Source: Macrostomum lignano (lineage: Eukaryota). From it: a stretch of DNA of 64,000 nucleotides. The position numbers were made by a program, and so were the translations under genes. The stretch spans positions 186,001 through 250,000 of the forward strand of contig NIVC01000494.1 of assembly GCA_002269645.1 (NCBI GenBank), given 5' to 3'. This document shows, piece after piece, positions 27,731-43,550 of this stretch. Under the pieces are notes generated by a model. The model had not been told where the DNA came from and searched no databases. It saw nothing but the letters and a program-made list of their open reading frames with translations. Numbering within the stretch: the first letter of the stretch is position 1; every line of letters starts with the position of its first letter.

Positions 27731-30700
27731 GCGCGAGAACGAAACGCCTCTGCTGGCTTCCTCGACGACGAGAGTCAGCGGCGGTGGTGGAGGCGGCGTT
27801 GGCAGCGGCGTCAGTAACGAGGACGACGATGAAGACGATGCCACGCTGTCGCCCGCGTCGTCCTCGACCGGTGCGGCGCTACCAATCGACGGGATCGACT
27901 TGGGAGACGTCGTTGACGATGACGACGCAGCCACAAAGGTCGGCGGTCGCGTCGGCGGCGGCGTCGGTCGCGAGTTCGAGCTGCTGCAGGCGATGGAGAC
28001 AGACCGAACTAGCGTCAGCTCGAGCGACGATTGGGGCGACTGCGTGAGCTGACTGTTTCTGTGTCATATCTAGACTCTTGCATTGACATCGCAAACCGCG
28101 TTGCATTCCGGAAAACAAACTCATTTGCAGGAATACGACATGCTGGCCGCTCAACGCGTCAACAGCCTATTTGAGCAGATCGATTGTCTCCTATACAGAG
28201 TCGACACGCCCGTCGTTCCACCAAAGAAGACTCAGGAGGAGTGCTCGGAATGGGCAGCCGCCTTCCCTCACCTGCTGGTGCGCGGAAACCGACTAACAAC
28301 TGAGGAGTTCGAGGGGGAATGGGGCGACGCCGGCGTGAGGTTCTTCCAGCCGCCCAGGGAGGCCACTCCGAGGGCGTCGGCTGCTGCGGCACCGGCTGCT
28401 TCGGCTGCTTCCACTGATGCCGCAACCGCAGTGCCGCCTTCCCTTGGGATTGATAGGTACTCGTATGTAAAGTGGATTGCTTTGTTGATAACTTACTACA
28501 GTTGTGTCTCCAGATGATGCTGGAATTCTTGCTTAGTTGTGTCCGCAGATGATGCTGGAATTCTTGCTCAGTTGTGTCCGCAGATGATGCTGGAATTCTT
28601 GCTCAGTTGTGTCCGCATATGATGCTGGAATTCTTGCTCAGTTGTGTCCGCAGATGATGCTGGAATTCTTGCTCAGTTGTGTCCGCAGATGATGCTGGAA
28701 TTCTTGCTCAGTTGTGTCCACAGATGATGCTGGATGCTGGAATTCCTCCATTTGTGGCCACATTCAAATGATCAAATCTGGAATGATACTTGTAGAAATT
28801 TTCTAGAACCACGGGAACTTACCGGGATTACCGCATTCAGTAGCGCACTCTGTGCACTTTCATTTTTAAGTAATTTTGCCAGTCTTAACCTTGACTTAGT
28901 CGGCATCTGATTAACCTTACAAGGCCACTTGGCAGAGTTTATGACTACTATTTCATCAAGGGTCAAATCCCAATGGACTTAGAGATGCTCATCTAGCTTT
29001 ATCTAATAAATTTTTAATCACTCAGCTGAGATATTTTTAGTATAGAAGAAACAACAAACTATAAAAGGTGGTCAGAAGTTGCTCAGTTGAGAGAGCCCTG
29101 CACTTTGACTTGACACAGCAGTAGTGCCATGCAGTCAGAGATGGTCGGACAACACTCCAGCGCATTCTTTGCGTCTCCATGGAAACAAGCAAGTGCTGAG
29201 CCAAGCCTGTACTTGCATTTATTTTAGGACTACACAGTAAACATGTTGAGTGCTCGCGTTCGAGCGAAGCGAGAGGTCATCTCCTCCCTCGGACTTATCG
29301 TCTAATAGGAGCTACCAGTTAATGACTTTTCGTTAACTTAACTGAATATTTAGTTAGTTAAATTCCGTTTGTTTAACTAACTGGAATTCGAATACGCGCC
29401 AAAAGGGACATTGTTATCAAACAAAAGTAAATACCGGTAATAAGCGAACTACCGTTTAGGAACATTTTTGATACTCAGTGCAAAAGTCGTTATCATCCTA
29501 CTGTCAATAATAAATGAAGTATCTTAACCTTGCAACTTCTATTGCAGTCTCTGTCTGGTGGGTCAATCAGCCAAAATCCTGCAGCCGCCCACCGATGCCA
29601 GCAGCTCCCAGATTGACGATAACAACGACGACGGCGCCGAAGACGACCCGCACATCGCTCTCGAGGAGATCCTAGCCGCTGACGGGCTGGTAGAAGAGGC
29701 CATCGCTCTCGACGATCGACACCTGCAGCCGGCCGTTGATCGATCATCCGACGCTATTCCAGATGCAGCCGTCGTGGCCACGGCTGCCGACGAGGCCGCC
29801 TCTGCTGAGCGGCCCTCGCGTCGGAGCGGCCTCCCTCCGATGACGCCAAGTCTGGCGGTCCGCGACTCTTTGCAGGGCGCGGCATTCGACGCCCTGTGGC
29901 TGCGCGTGGCGGTCGCCCTTCGGCCGCTGTGCTGCGAGCGACTTCGCCGAAGTCGCCGACGACGCCAGCTCGAAGAACACGACGACGACGACGACGACGA
30001 AGACGTAGTGTTGGTAGACGATGATGACGAAGACGAGGATGTCGAGCTAGATGTGGGCGGGTCTACGCGAGCTCCAGTGGTTGCGGCCGCGGCAAAATCC
30101 GCCGTCATTTCTGCGCCGGGCCAGCGTCCACCTCGGCAGGCGCCATCCTCGGCTGCTTCGTCCCGGGCGTCCTCTTCAACTGGTGGTGGAGGTGGCCGTC
30201 GACGACGTCAACATCTTGGCCCGTTGTCAACTGCCGGACTATCGGAGCTACCGCTGACCTCTGCCATCGCTGCTACGGGCATCGGCGGCGGCGTTGGCGG
30301 CGAGGAGCTGTCGCACTTTCTCAACATCAAGTCAAAGACGTTGCAGCTGCGCACTGGACGGCGACCGAATTCGCCGCCTCTGCGTGATATTCCCGAGTCA
30401 CCAGTGCCTCAGCTGTCACCACCAGCATTGACGGCTGCTCTTCTCCCGCCGTCTGCCGAGCATGCCCACCCACCTCTGACTGCTACGACGCAGTCTTCGC
30501 GTCGGATGTCCTCAGCCGCGTCGTCGCGTCCCCGATCGCGTTTGTCGACCATCCCGGGCGATTCGCCGTCCCCAGCGCCTGGAGCAACTTCAACATCCGC
30601 CATGATCTCTGCGGCTGCGCGCCGTTCGCGGACATCGTCTGTTGAAGACGCGCTCGGACTTCACGTTGTGCCGTTGCGATCGGCACAGATACCGAATTCT

Positions 30701-31733
30701 GCTCAGCAAATTCCGCAGCCAGCGCTGACTCGTTCCGGCACGCTGCCTCCGTTGTTCGACCATCGGCGTCGGAGCGCGCAACGGCCTGGCAGCGGCGGCG
30801 TTCGTCAGGGAGCGCATTCCTCTTTGGACTTGCTGCCGTCGACCACATTCAGGGCATCATCTGGGGCGTCAGCAACGTCGTCTAGTATGGGTCTGCGCAA
30901 GTCGGCCACTGGTGCCTTGACCACGACGCAGAAGCATGCCGCCGCGGCAGTGCACAGCGGTGGCCTAGACGTTCACGGAAGAGCGCTGACTACCGCAGGA
31001 CACGAACTAATTGAAGCAGAACCGTCTGTTGGACTCAGACGAGGTGCAAGTCCGCTGTGTAAGTTCATGCGTTTTTTTAACTGTTATCATGTAGATTTTT
31101 GGTGTTTCAACGTTGAATGTACCACAGTTGAATGAACCTTTAGTGAGCCAATTACAAAGTTCTTTTGGATACATATCGGATTAGTTAAGTCTAGAAAATG
31201 TGATGGTAAAGTCTTGCTTTGACTTGTTAAATTTATTTTGGGTTCTGGATATTGATTTTGGTTAGTTGGTTAGTTAGGGAATGGGGTGGTGGTTGTTTGC
31301 GTGCCGACTTGGTTAGTTAGGGAATGGGGTGGTGGTTTTCTGCGTGCCGACTTGGTTAGCTAAGGAATGGGGTGGTGGTTTTCTGCGTGCCGACTTGGTT
31401 AGTTAAGGAATGGGGTGGTGGTTTTCTGCGTGCCGACTTGGTTAGTTAAGGAATGGGGTGGTGGTTATATAGGCCGACTGGGTTATTAGGGAATGGGTTG
31501 GTTGTTTGCATGCCGACTTAGTTTAGTTAAGGAATGGGGTGGTGGTTGTCTGTGTGCCGACTTGGTTAGTTAATTAGTAGTGGAATCGAGTGTTGCGCTA
31601 CAGAACCTGTAAACATCAGCCATATAAAATCGGCGTGCAATTATATCGTACCATTGCAGATTTCGGTTCGACAACTGCAAACTCCTATCAGCAGATCAGA
31701 CGCAGCAAACAAGTAAACACTATCAGACGATAA
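27731..31733 (+). CDS. FAM149: FAM149-family (DUF3719) protein; exons 27731-28043, 28131-28456, 29548-31058, 31660-31733; 5-prime end unresolved
   Basis: The motifs AAQRVNSLFEQIDCLLY...QEECSEWAAAFPHLLVRG and EEILAADGLVEEAIALD match the conserved FAM149 segments. All splice phases are consistent, with stop TAA at 31731-31733 and AATAAA near 31786. Confidence 0.8.
28500..28745. repeat. 35-bp tandem repeat (AGTTGTGTCCGCAGATGATGCTGGAATTCTTGCTC), about 6.5 copies, intronic
   Basis: Head-to-tail copies with no spacers. Confidence 0.95.
29173..29186. promoter_or_regulatory. Canonical 14-bp X-box GTCTCCATGGAAAC in a FAM149 intron
   Basis: Exact fit to GTHNYYATRRNAAC. Confidence 0.5.
31265..31570. 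repeat. About 43-bp tandem repeat (GGAATGGGGTGGTGGTTTTCTGCGTGCCGACTTGGTTAGTTAA), about 7 copies, intronic
   Basis: Head-to-tail copies in the last FAM149 intron. Confidence 0.92.
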
Positions 31734-32679
31734 ACATTTTTATTTCTATTTTGTGTATTTTTACAACTCTCTGCCCCTGATATTGAATAAATATTGCTTA
31801 AAACATTGTGCTTGATAATAAAATTCAGCTCCATATTTTCTGTTCAACGGCAAGATCGTTATAGACATGTGATTGTATAATTTTTAGCTTCTGAATGAAT
31901 CTTTCAAAGCTGTATTATTTGCTCCGACAAGCCGCACGTTTTCATAGGCAATATACGGTAAACAAATTTTATTCTATACTATCAGGCACTTCCGTTTCCT
32001 TTATGCACAAATTTTTACAGTACATGTGGCTTAATGAGTTTTCACACTCGCGGTAATAAAATATGGCTTTCCGCTCGCTGAACTTATAGTAAGTACATCT
32101 TAATCCAATGCATCCAGTTTTTGTGATTGTATGTTGCCCTCCTCTCGCAGATTTTAAAATCGATATTTTCCTGAGCTACATGTACATGTAATGTGTTTTT
32201 GTTGATTTATGATGATTTTGTTTTGAGCAGGGAAAATTCTGCTATAGATTCTTTACATGTAACTCTGTTGCGCACGAGGCTTCTGCAAAAGCACCTCGAT
32301 CGCATGCTTATACGAGTAAATTATTGACTTAGTCCTTAGCCATGTTTATTGAGAATCATATTAAATTCTATATTTATCAAGATTTATATACAAAATTCTA
32401 TATTATTCATGTATGCCTCTGTAAAAATACATTCAACATTATTTGGAGCTAAAATCTCTTCAATCTGTCGTTGACGAAATATCAAGCTATAATTCTACTA
32501 TTACTTGCATATATAAACGTGACTTATTTCTACATTTTTAAACTCAAAGTCGATCAATGTACATGTACATGTAGCTGCTAGATATCAATAAATTTTAAAG
32601 TACATGTATGATCGGATATTTCTGCCACAGCTTAGCCTCCCAATAAACCAAACGCAAAAGCGACAGCGTATAGTATACT

Positions 32680-33803
32680 TATACAACAACAACAACAACA
32701 ACAAAGTACGCTGTCAGGTGGAAAAAAGCAGCGTCACAGGGCACGCTTCAGAGCCTGGGCGCGAACAAAGGCCGCACCGCCGGTAGAGTCCGGGGTGCCA
32801 GCGTCGGCCAGCAGGAGGCAGTCGACGAAACGCCGAGTTCGGGCCTGGCCGCGCCAGTAGGGTGCCTGCAGCCTGCCTGCACCGGCTGCGGGCAGTAGGA
32901 CTCGGCGCGGATAATGTGGCCTACGGGCCAGGCCGGCGCGGCGATAGAGTGCCGCGTTAATGATTCGCTCGTCGCTGATCTTAAAGGCGGCGCGCAGCAG
33001 GCCAGCATGCGCCGCATTGACTTGCTGTTCGAGTGAATCCGTCAGCGTCCAGGTCTCGGCGTTGTACAGCAGGACGGTCTCGACCACCGCCTGGAACAGC
33101 GCCGCCCTCTGGCGGTCAGGTAAGGCCTCGGACTGCAGAACCGCCCTCACAGAGCGAAAGGCAGCCCAAGCGAGCCCGCGGCGACGCCGCAGATCTTCGC
33201 GGACGTCAGGTACCAGACCGCCGAGGCAGACGAACTGCTGACAGCGCGGAAGCTCCGTTACCTGCCCGCCAGCGGCTCGGCAGAAAATTGCGGCCTCGAT
33301 GTCGCCCGGCACGCAGAGCACAACGGTCTTCTTCGTGTTGACCACCAGGCCGACGCTCGCTGCAGCGCTAACCAGCTTGTCCAGCTGGCGCTGGGCGCCC
33401 TCTACGGTCGAGGACAGCAGCAGGGCGAGGTCATCGGCGTAGCCAAGCACGCTGAGCCGTTCTCCGGTTGACGTCGACCCACGCGTCGCCGCAGTAGGAA
33501 GCCGTCTGGAAGAGCAGTTCGTAGCACCCAGTCAAGCACCAGGACGAACAGGAACGGTGCTAGAGTGTCCCCCTGCAGCACTCCGGAGGATGTCTCGAAG
33601 GAGTCCGACAGGCCGTCCGGCGTCATCACAGCTGCTCTCGTAGCACAGTACAACGCCATTATGGCGGAGATCAGCTGTTCTGGTACATGATACGCACGGA
33701 GCACATGTGGGAGCGCAGCCCTCGCAACCGAGTCGAATGCCTTCATGAAGTCAATGAAGACAACAATCAGGTCCAATTGGCGCGTGCGCGCCTCCTCGAT
33801 GTT
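32680..33803 (-). mobile_element. 5-prime-truncated RTE-clade non-LTR retrotransposon (RT fragment, frameshifted)
   Basis: RT motifs VVFIDFMKAFDSV, GVLQGDTLAPFLF, GYADDLALL and GLVVNTKKT, with a (TTG)n 3-prime tail. A possible TSD GTATACT lies at 32673-32679 and 33804-33810. Confidence 0.88.
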
Positions 33804-34713
33804 GTATACTAGTAAAAAGTCTACACTGTACGTACATGTATACAACTGGAATGTATTACTACATATAGCAGCGCCAGGAAAACTTGAACGCAGAAAGAGC
33901 AGCAATTCATTTGTACCCACGTAAATTACTGACGTATTCAACAGTTATCGACGTCGGATTACTGTTTATGAGTAACTACTATACGTCTTTCGTCTTAAAG
34001 ATCAGATACGTGTCGCATAAAGACGCGCGACTTGATCGAATTTGATCACTACATGCATGCAATTATATGGCAGCTTTGAAAATTCAGAAAAGGCATGTAG
34101 TACACGCGCGGTATTGCACCAAAAACGAGCAGTTGAACAGCCTACCGTGTAGCTACAAGGACCACTAGAAGTTACCCCTGCGCTCGGGGGGCAAATGGCA
34201 ACTTAAACCGAGGGACTCTGTGGCATCCGCCAGCTTTTCGCTTTTCGAGGAGATTTTCCCCCCTCCTCTTTCGCTCAGGCCTGGCGTGGAAGCGGCCAGC
34301 TTCCTCGTTTTGGTCTGCTGGTGGAGGACGGATCCCCCCTGCTGCTTTTTTGCGCCAACTAAGCGCCAACTACCCATCGACAGCCCATAGTTGCAACTGG
34401 TACCACACGGGTTCTCGAGGGCCGCTCCTGTGGGGGAGGGCTCGGGCGTCGGCTGTCAACCCGACCTGGCGCCTGTGTCCCAAGCCCGCAGCCGGCCTCC
34501 CGCCCCCTGATCTTGCAGAGTGTGGACCGGGGGCCTGCCGGAGCCTCGCCTGGGAGCAATCCTGGGATAAGACGGCAACCCAAAGCTTCTCTGCTGTTTA
34601 CCGTGGCAGAGGGTAGCTCCACGGAGCTGGCTGGGGGTATATCCAGTCCCCGAGCGGTTAACCCCCCCCCCCATTTTTCTACATTTCAGTTTTTCCATTC
34701 CAGCCTACTCTGC

Positions 34714-39973
<5,260 letters not shown>

Positions 39974-40725
39974 TAAAGTTTAGTTACAATGCAAACAAGC
40001 GGACTTTCAAATAATTTTGCAATATTTGCAAGTGTTGCAGTCCCGCAATACAACGGTAACTTCTATATAATTCTAGTGGTCCCATGTAGCTAATAGTAAA
40101 AGTCTTTTTCCGTAACGTTAAAATATACTTCCGTTTAACATGTATGTATCATGTTAAAATATTAACGCGTATGTATCACGGGTCACGCTACCTCAATTTC
40201 CCGCACTCAGTCGCCAACACTGCCTCTGACACTTTAATATGGTACATACAGTATAAACTCAATTAGACAATTCTAATTAGTTTCCCTTCGTCTTAGATCA
40301 GAAAAATTTCTACGTTAACCGGATTTTTTTATTATTTCATTTTGTGTTTTTAAACACCAAAAATTAACTACATTTACACAGTTGCTATTCAAAATCGAAG
40401 CAATTATTATATTTTGGTATACTGCACACAAATTTAAATAATTCCAACGTTAATTATTTTATTTTTAAACATCCTTATCTGTTAAAAGCGAATGTAATGT
40501 ACATTCAATTTCAAACGATCGATCAATAAAAAAGTAATTTATTGGAATGTGTAGTGAAGCGATGATATTTATAATTAGGCCTAAGTGCTCGAAAACTAGT
40601 GTAGCTCTTCAAAGTTCTAAACTTCTAGTTCTATAGAAGTTCTATCTAAGTACACAGATTGTTTCTCTCTCTTTAAACTAAATACTTCAATCTTTACATG
40701 CATATTGTATAGTGTAAGTACTTGA

Positions 40726-41084
40726 CTGGGTTTTTTTCGCCAGAAACAAGGTGCGAAATCGCACCTTGTGCCAAATTTCAAGGTGCGATTTAAAGGCTCA
40801 GAGTGCAATTTCTCTTGAGTCTTGTTTCAGACAACTGGGAATGTATAGACATATCTTACATAAGGCTATATAGCCATAGGCTATATTAGGCCTACTTAAT
40901 AGGATTTAAAGAGTTATTTTGTTTCATATTTTAAGGCAGTGCATGAAAAATAGCTTAAGCATGGTTAAGCCTTTAAAGAAAAATGGTTATAAGACCGCAC
41001 CTAAACCGCACCTACTTTTTTAATTTCAAGGTGCGATTTAAAAATTTAGGGTGCATATGCACACTCTGCGCACAAAAAACCCTG
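40726..41084. mobile_element. hAT-like MITE, 359 bp
   Basis: Termini CTGGGTTTTTT and AAAAAACCCTG, perfect 8-bp TSD GTACTTGA, subterminal AAGGTGCG repeats. Confidence 0.85.
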
Positions 41085-41395
41085 GTACTTGATCAGCTAC
41101 TCATTGAGAATTGTTAGTCCTAGTCCAACCTCGAAGGCTTCACATTAAGTAAAAAACTCATTAGGCCTACTCAACTCATTCAAGCTCAAGTCAACTATCA
41201 AGTACTTAGCCAAACTATATACAATCTAACAGTATAAAATATCATTTAAATTAAAATATTAATCAATTTAAGTTGAATGTTGCATTTGACATTTGTTTCC
41301 AAAACATGGAACAAAATTTACTTATTAAAATACAATTTGTCACTAAAATAATAGTAAAAATGAATTGTCAGTCATGTTTCTATAGTGCAAGGGAA

Positions 41396-41802
41396 GGTAA
41401 TCTTTCCTTACCTGACCGTAAATTATTTTCTAAGTTTTTTCGAATTTTTTATATTTAAAATGTAAATATTTTTACGGGCTTACGGTTAAAGCTAAAAGTC
41501 AGCATGGGTAGTAGTGCTGGACCCAGTAAATGAAATTTTCAAAATGATGCTCTCCTCCCCAATGGCGCCTCCAGATAAACTCCTGGAGGTATTGCTAAAA
41601 GGATACGGAAAACACGTTAAAGACATGAGAAATAATTTTTGAGAAAAATTATTAAAAAATTAAAAAATCTAAAATTAAAAACATTTTTTTCTTTTCTTAA
41701 AATGTGCGCCCCACATATATACACAACTTCAGCCAAAAAAAATTAAAAGAAACTGAAACAGGAAGCCGAAAATAATTTACGGTCGGGTAAGGAAAGATTA
41801 CC
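41396..41802. mobile_element. Merlin-like MITE, 407 bp
   Basis: 35-bp TIR GGTAATCTTTCCTTACCYGACCGTAAATTATTTTC, with flanks CAAGGGAA / CAAAGGAA (7 of 8 TSD match). The GGTAA start fits the Merlin GGNRM pattern. Confidence 0.8.
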
Positions 41803-42887
41803 CAAAGGAATATCTATATGATTGAAATTAAAAGTAAATTTTAAACAGCCTTGGGCTCTAGTGAATGTCAATAACAATGATAACAAAGAGTCACTATAAT
41901 GGGTACCAGTTATTTCATTTGCTAATAGTAATAGTTTGTCTACTAAGTAGACAAAAAATTTCTCTTTAAAACCATTTATCTATTAGGAAATGAGTGTAGG
42001 ATAAGAATTAAAGATGATTAATTGTTTTAGAAAGAGGGGACATAGTGTGCAACAACTTTAGATTTGAAATGGCATGTCTTGCTGTTGATAATGTTTATAT
42101 ATAAAAAATTTCAACAGTTTTATTTCCATTAATTTTTACTTAAGCTTATGATTTCTTCTATAAATATTGTATAGGCCTATATATTATAAAATAGGCCTAG
42201 TTTGTTCAACTAATAGAGCCCATAGCATTTTAACAAAAACTGGTAATGGAAAAATGAGCTAAAAAACTTTCAATATTGTTTAATCATACTTAGTACTTAT
42301 ACTACAACAATAACAATATAAAATAGGCCTATACAAAAGCTTTACATATAGAATTAAGATAAGGTATGCTTAAATTTGTTTATACATTCTATAAAAAAAG
42401 ATCATAAAATTTGGCAAAGTAAAAATAATTCCAAAAAAAATTCAAATGATATTATATCATTGCTATAGTTATCTAGAACTTAAATAGTTATTATAAATAT
42501 AGAATATTTTTTATAAGCAATAAGGCCCAACAAGAAAGTCTTGATATGATAGTGCTTTTTAGAAATTATAAACTGTCTATATATTGGCTTGGCATTAGAA
42601 TTGCTCAAATTGTTTTAATCAAGCATTTGTAGGCCTAGTCACTTATTGCATAGGTTTAACAATCAATATTGTAGACATAGCTATACAAGAGTTTATTTTG
42701 CAATGACTATAAACATAAATTATATATGACAAAAAAGACCAATGTACAATAGAAATTTCTATCATATACCTTTTTGGAAATTGTAGGCCTACTAGAAAAC
42801 AAGTCCTTAAACAATTGCTATTTTTATGTCTAAAATACTTTTCTGTAATCTAGTTAGATGAACTTGCACTTGTAAAGTAAATAATCA

Positions 42888-43182
42888 CATACATACACAA
42901 CTTTCAAAATTTGGTTGGCTGTGCAACTTAGTTTTAACAAAAATGCATTGTAGTTTTTGACCAAAAATGCAACTTACATGTAAAAGAAACCCTAAAGCAA
43001 ATTTATGCAGCTTTGGGTAAACAGCAGGAGTAACTATGACTGTCTTATTAAGGCAAAATGCCTCATAATCTACTTGTACTACTTTGGTATCTATTTGGGT
43101 GGGAATTTTTGCAACTTGCCTTGGTTGGCCACCAAATTGGTTGGCCAGATCGGCCAACTCGGCCAATTGTTGCGCATGTATG
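42888..43182. mobile_element. MITE (CATAC...GTATG termini), CpG-decayed copy
   Basis: Aligns end-to-end, inverted, with 45196-45494. TSD AATAATCA / GATAATCA. Confidence 0.88.
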
Positions 43183-43550
43183 GATAATCATATATAAAAA
43201 TGTACAAAAATCTATAAATAATACATATTTTTGTTTGTTTTCTTTAAAATATAGAAAAATGAGTTTAGTTTTGAGTGTGTTAAGAAAGATATATTTTTGT
43301 ATAAGTTTACCTAGATCCTGTTTTTGCTGGTTCACTTACTCTAGTGAAGACCCAATGCAGTCTAGATCAGTGATGACTGCATTGACTTGTCACCTTTTGT
43401 CCTTTTTGATTGCTTACAAACACATAAACTAAGCTAAGCTCTTGATTATTATAAGGCTCAACTGAAAAAAGAAACAAACAAACTATACATATTTTGTGTA
43501 AAACTACACTACACTCACTACTAAACCTTCAGCTCCATCAGTAGCCAGTC

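Noticed and set aside
28500-31570. 35-bp and 43-bp repeats as CRISPR-like arrays
   Set aside because: They are head-to-tail with no unique spacers, have no cas genes nearby and lie in eukaryotic introns.
43366-43465. Possible C/D snoRNA (GTGATGA ... CTGA) upstream of RPS4
   Set aside because: No terminal stem or recognisable rRNA guide is visible, and it is not in a proven intron.
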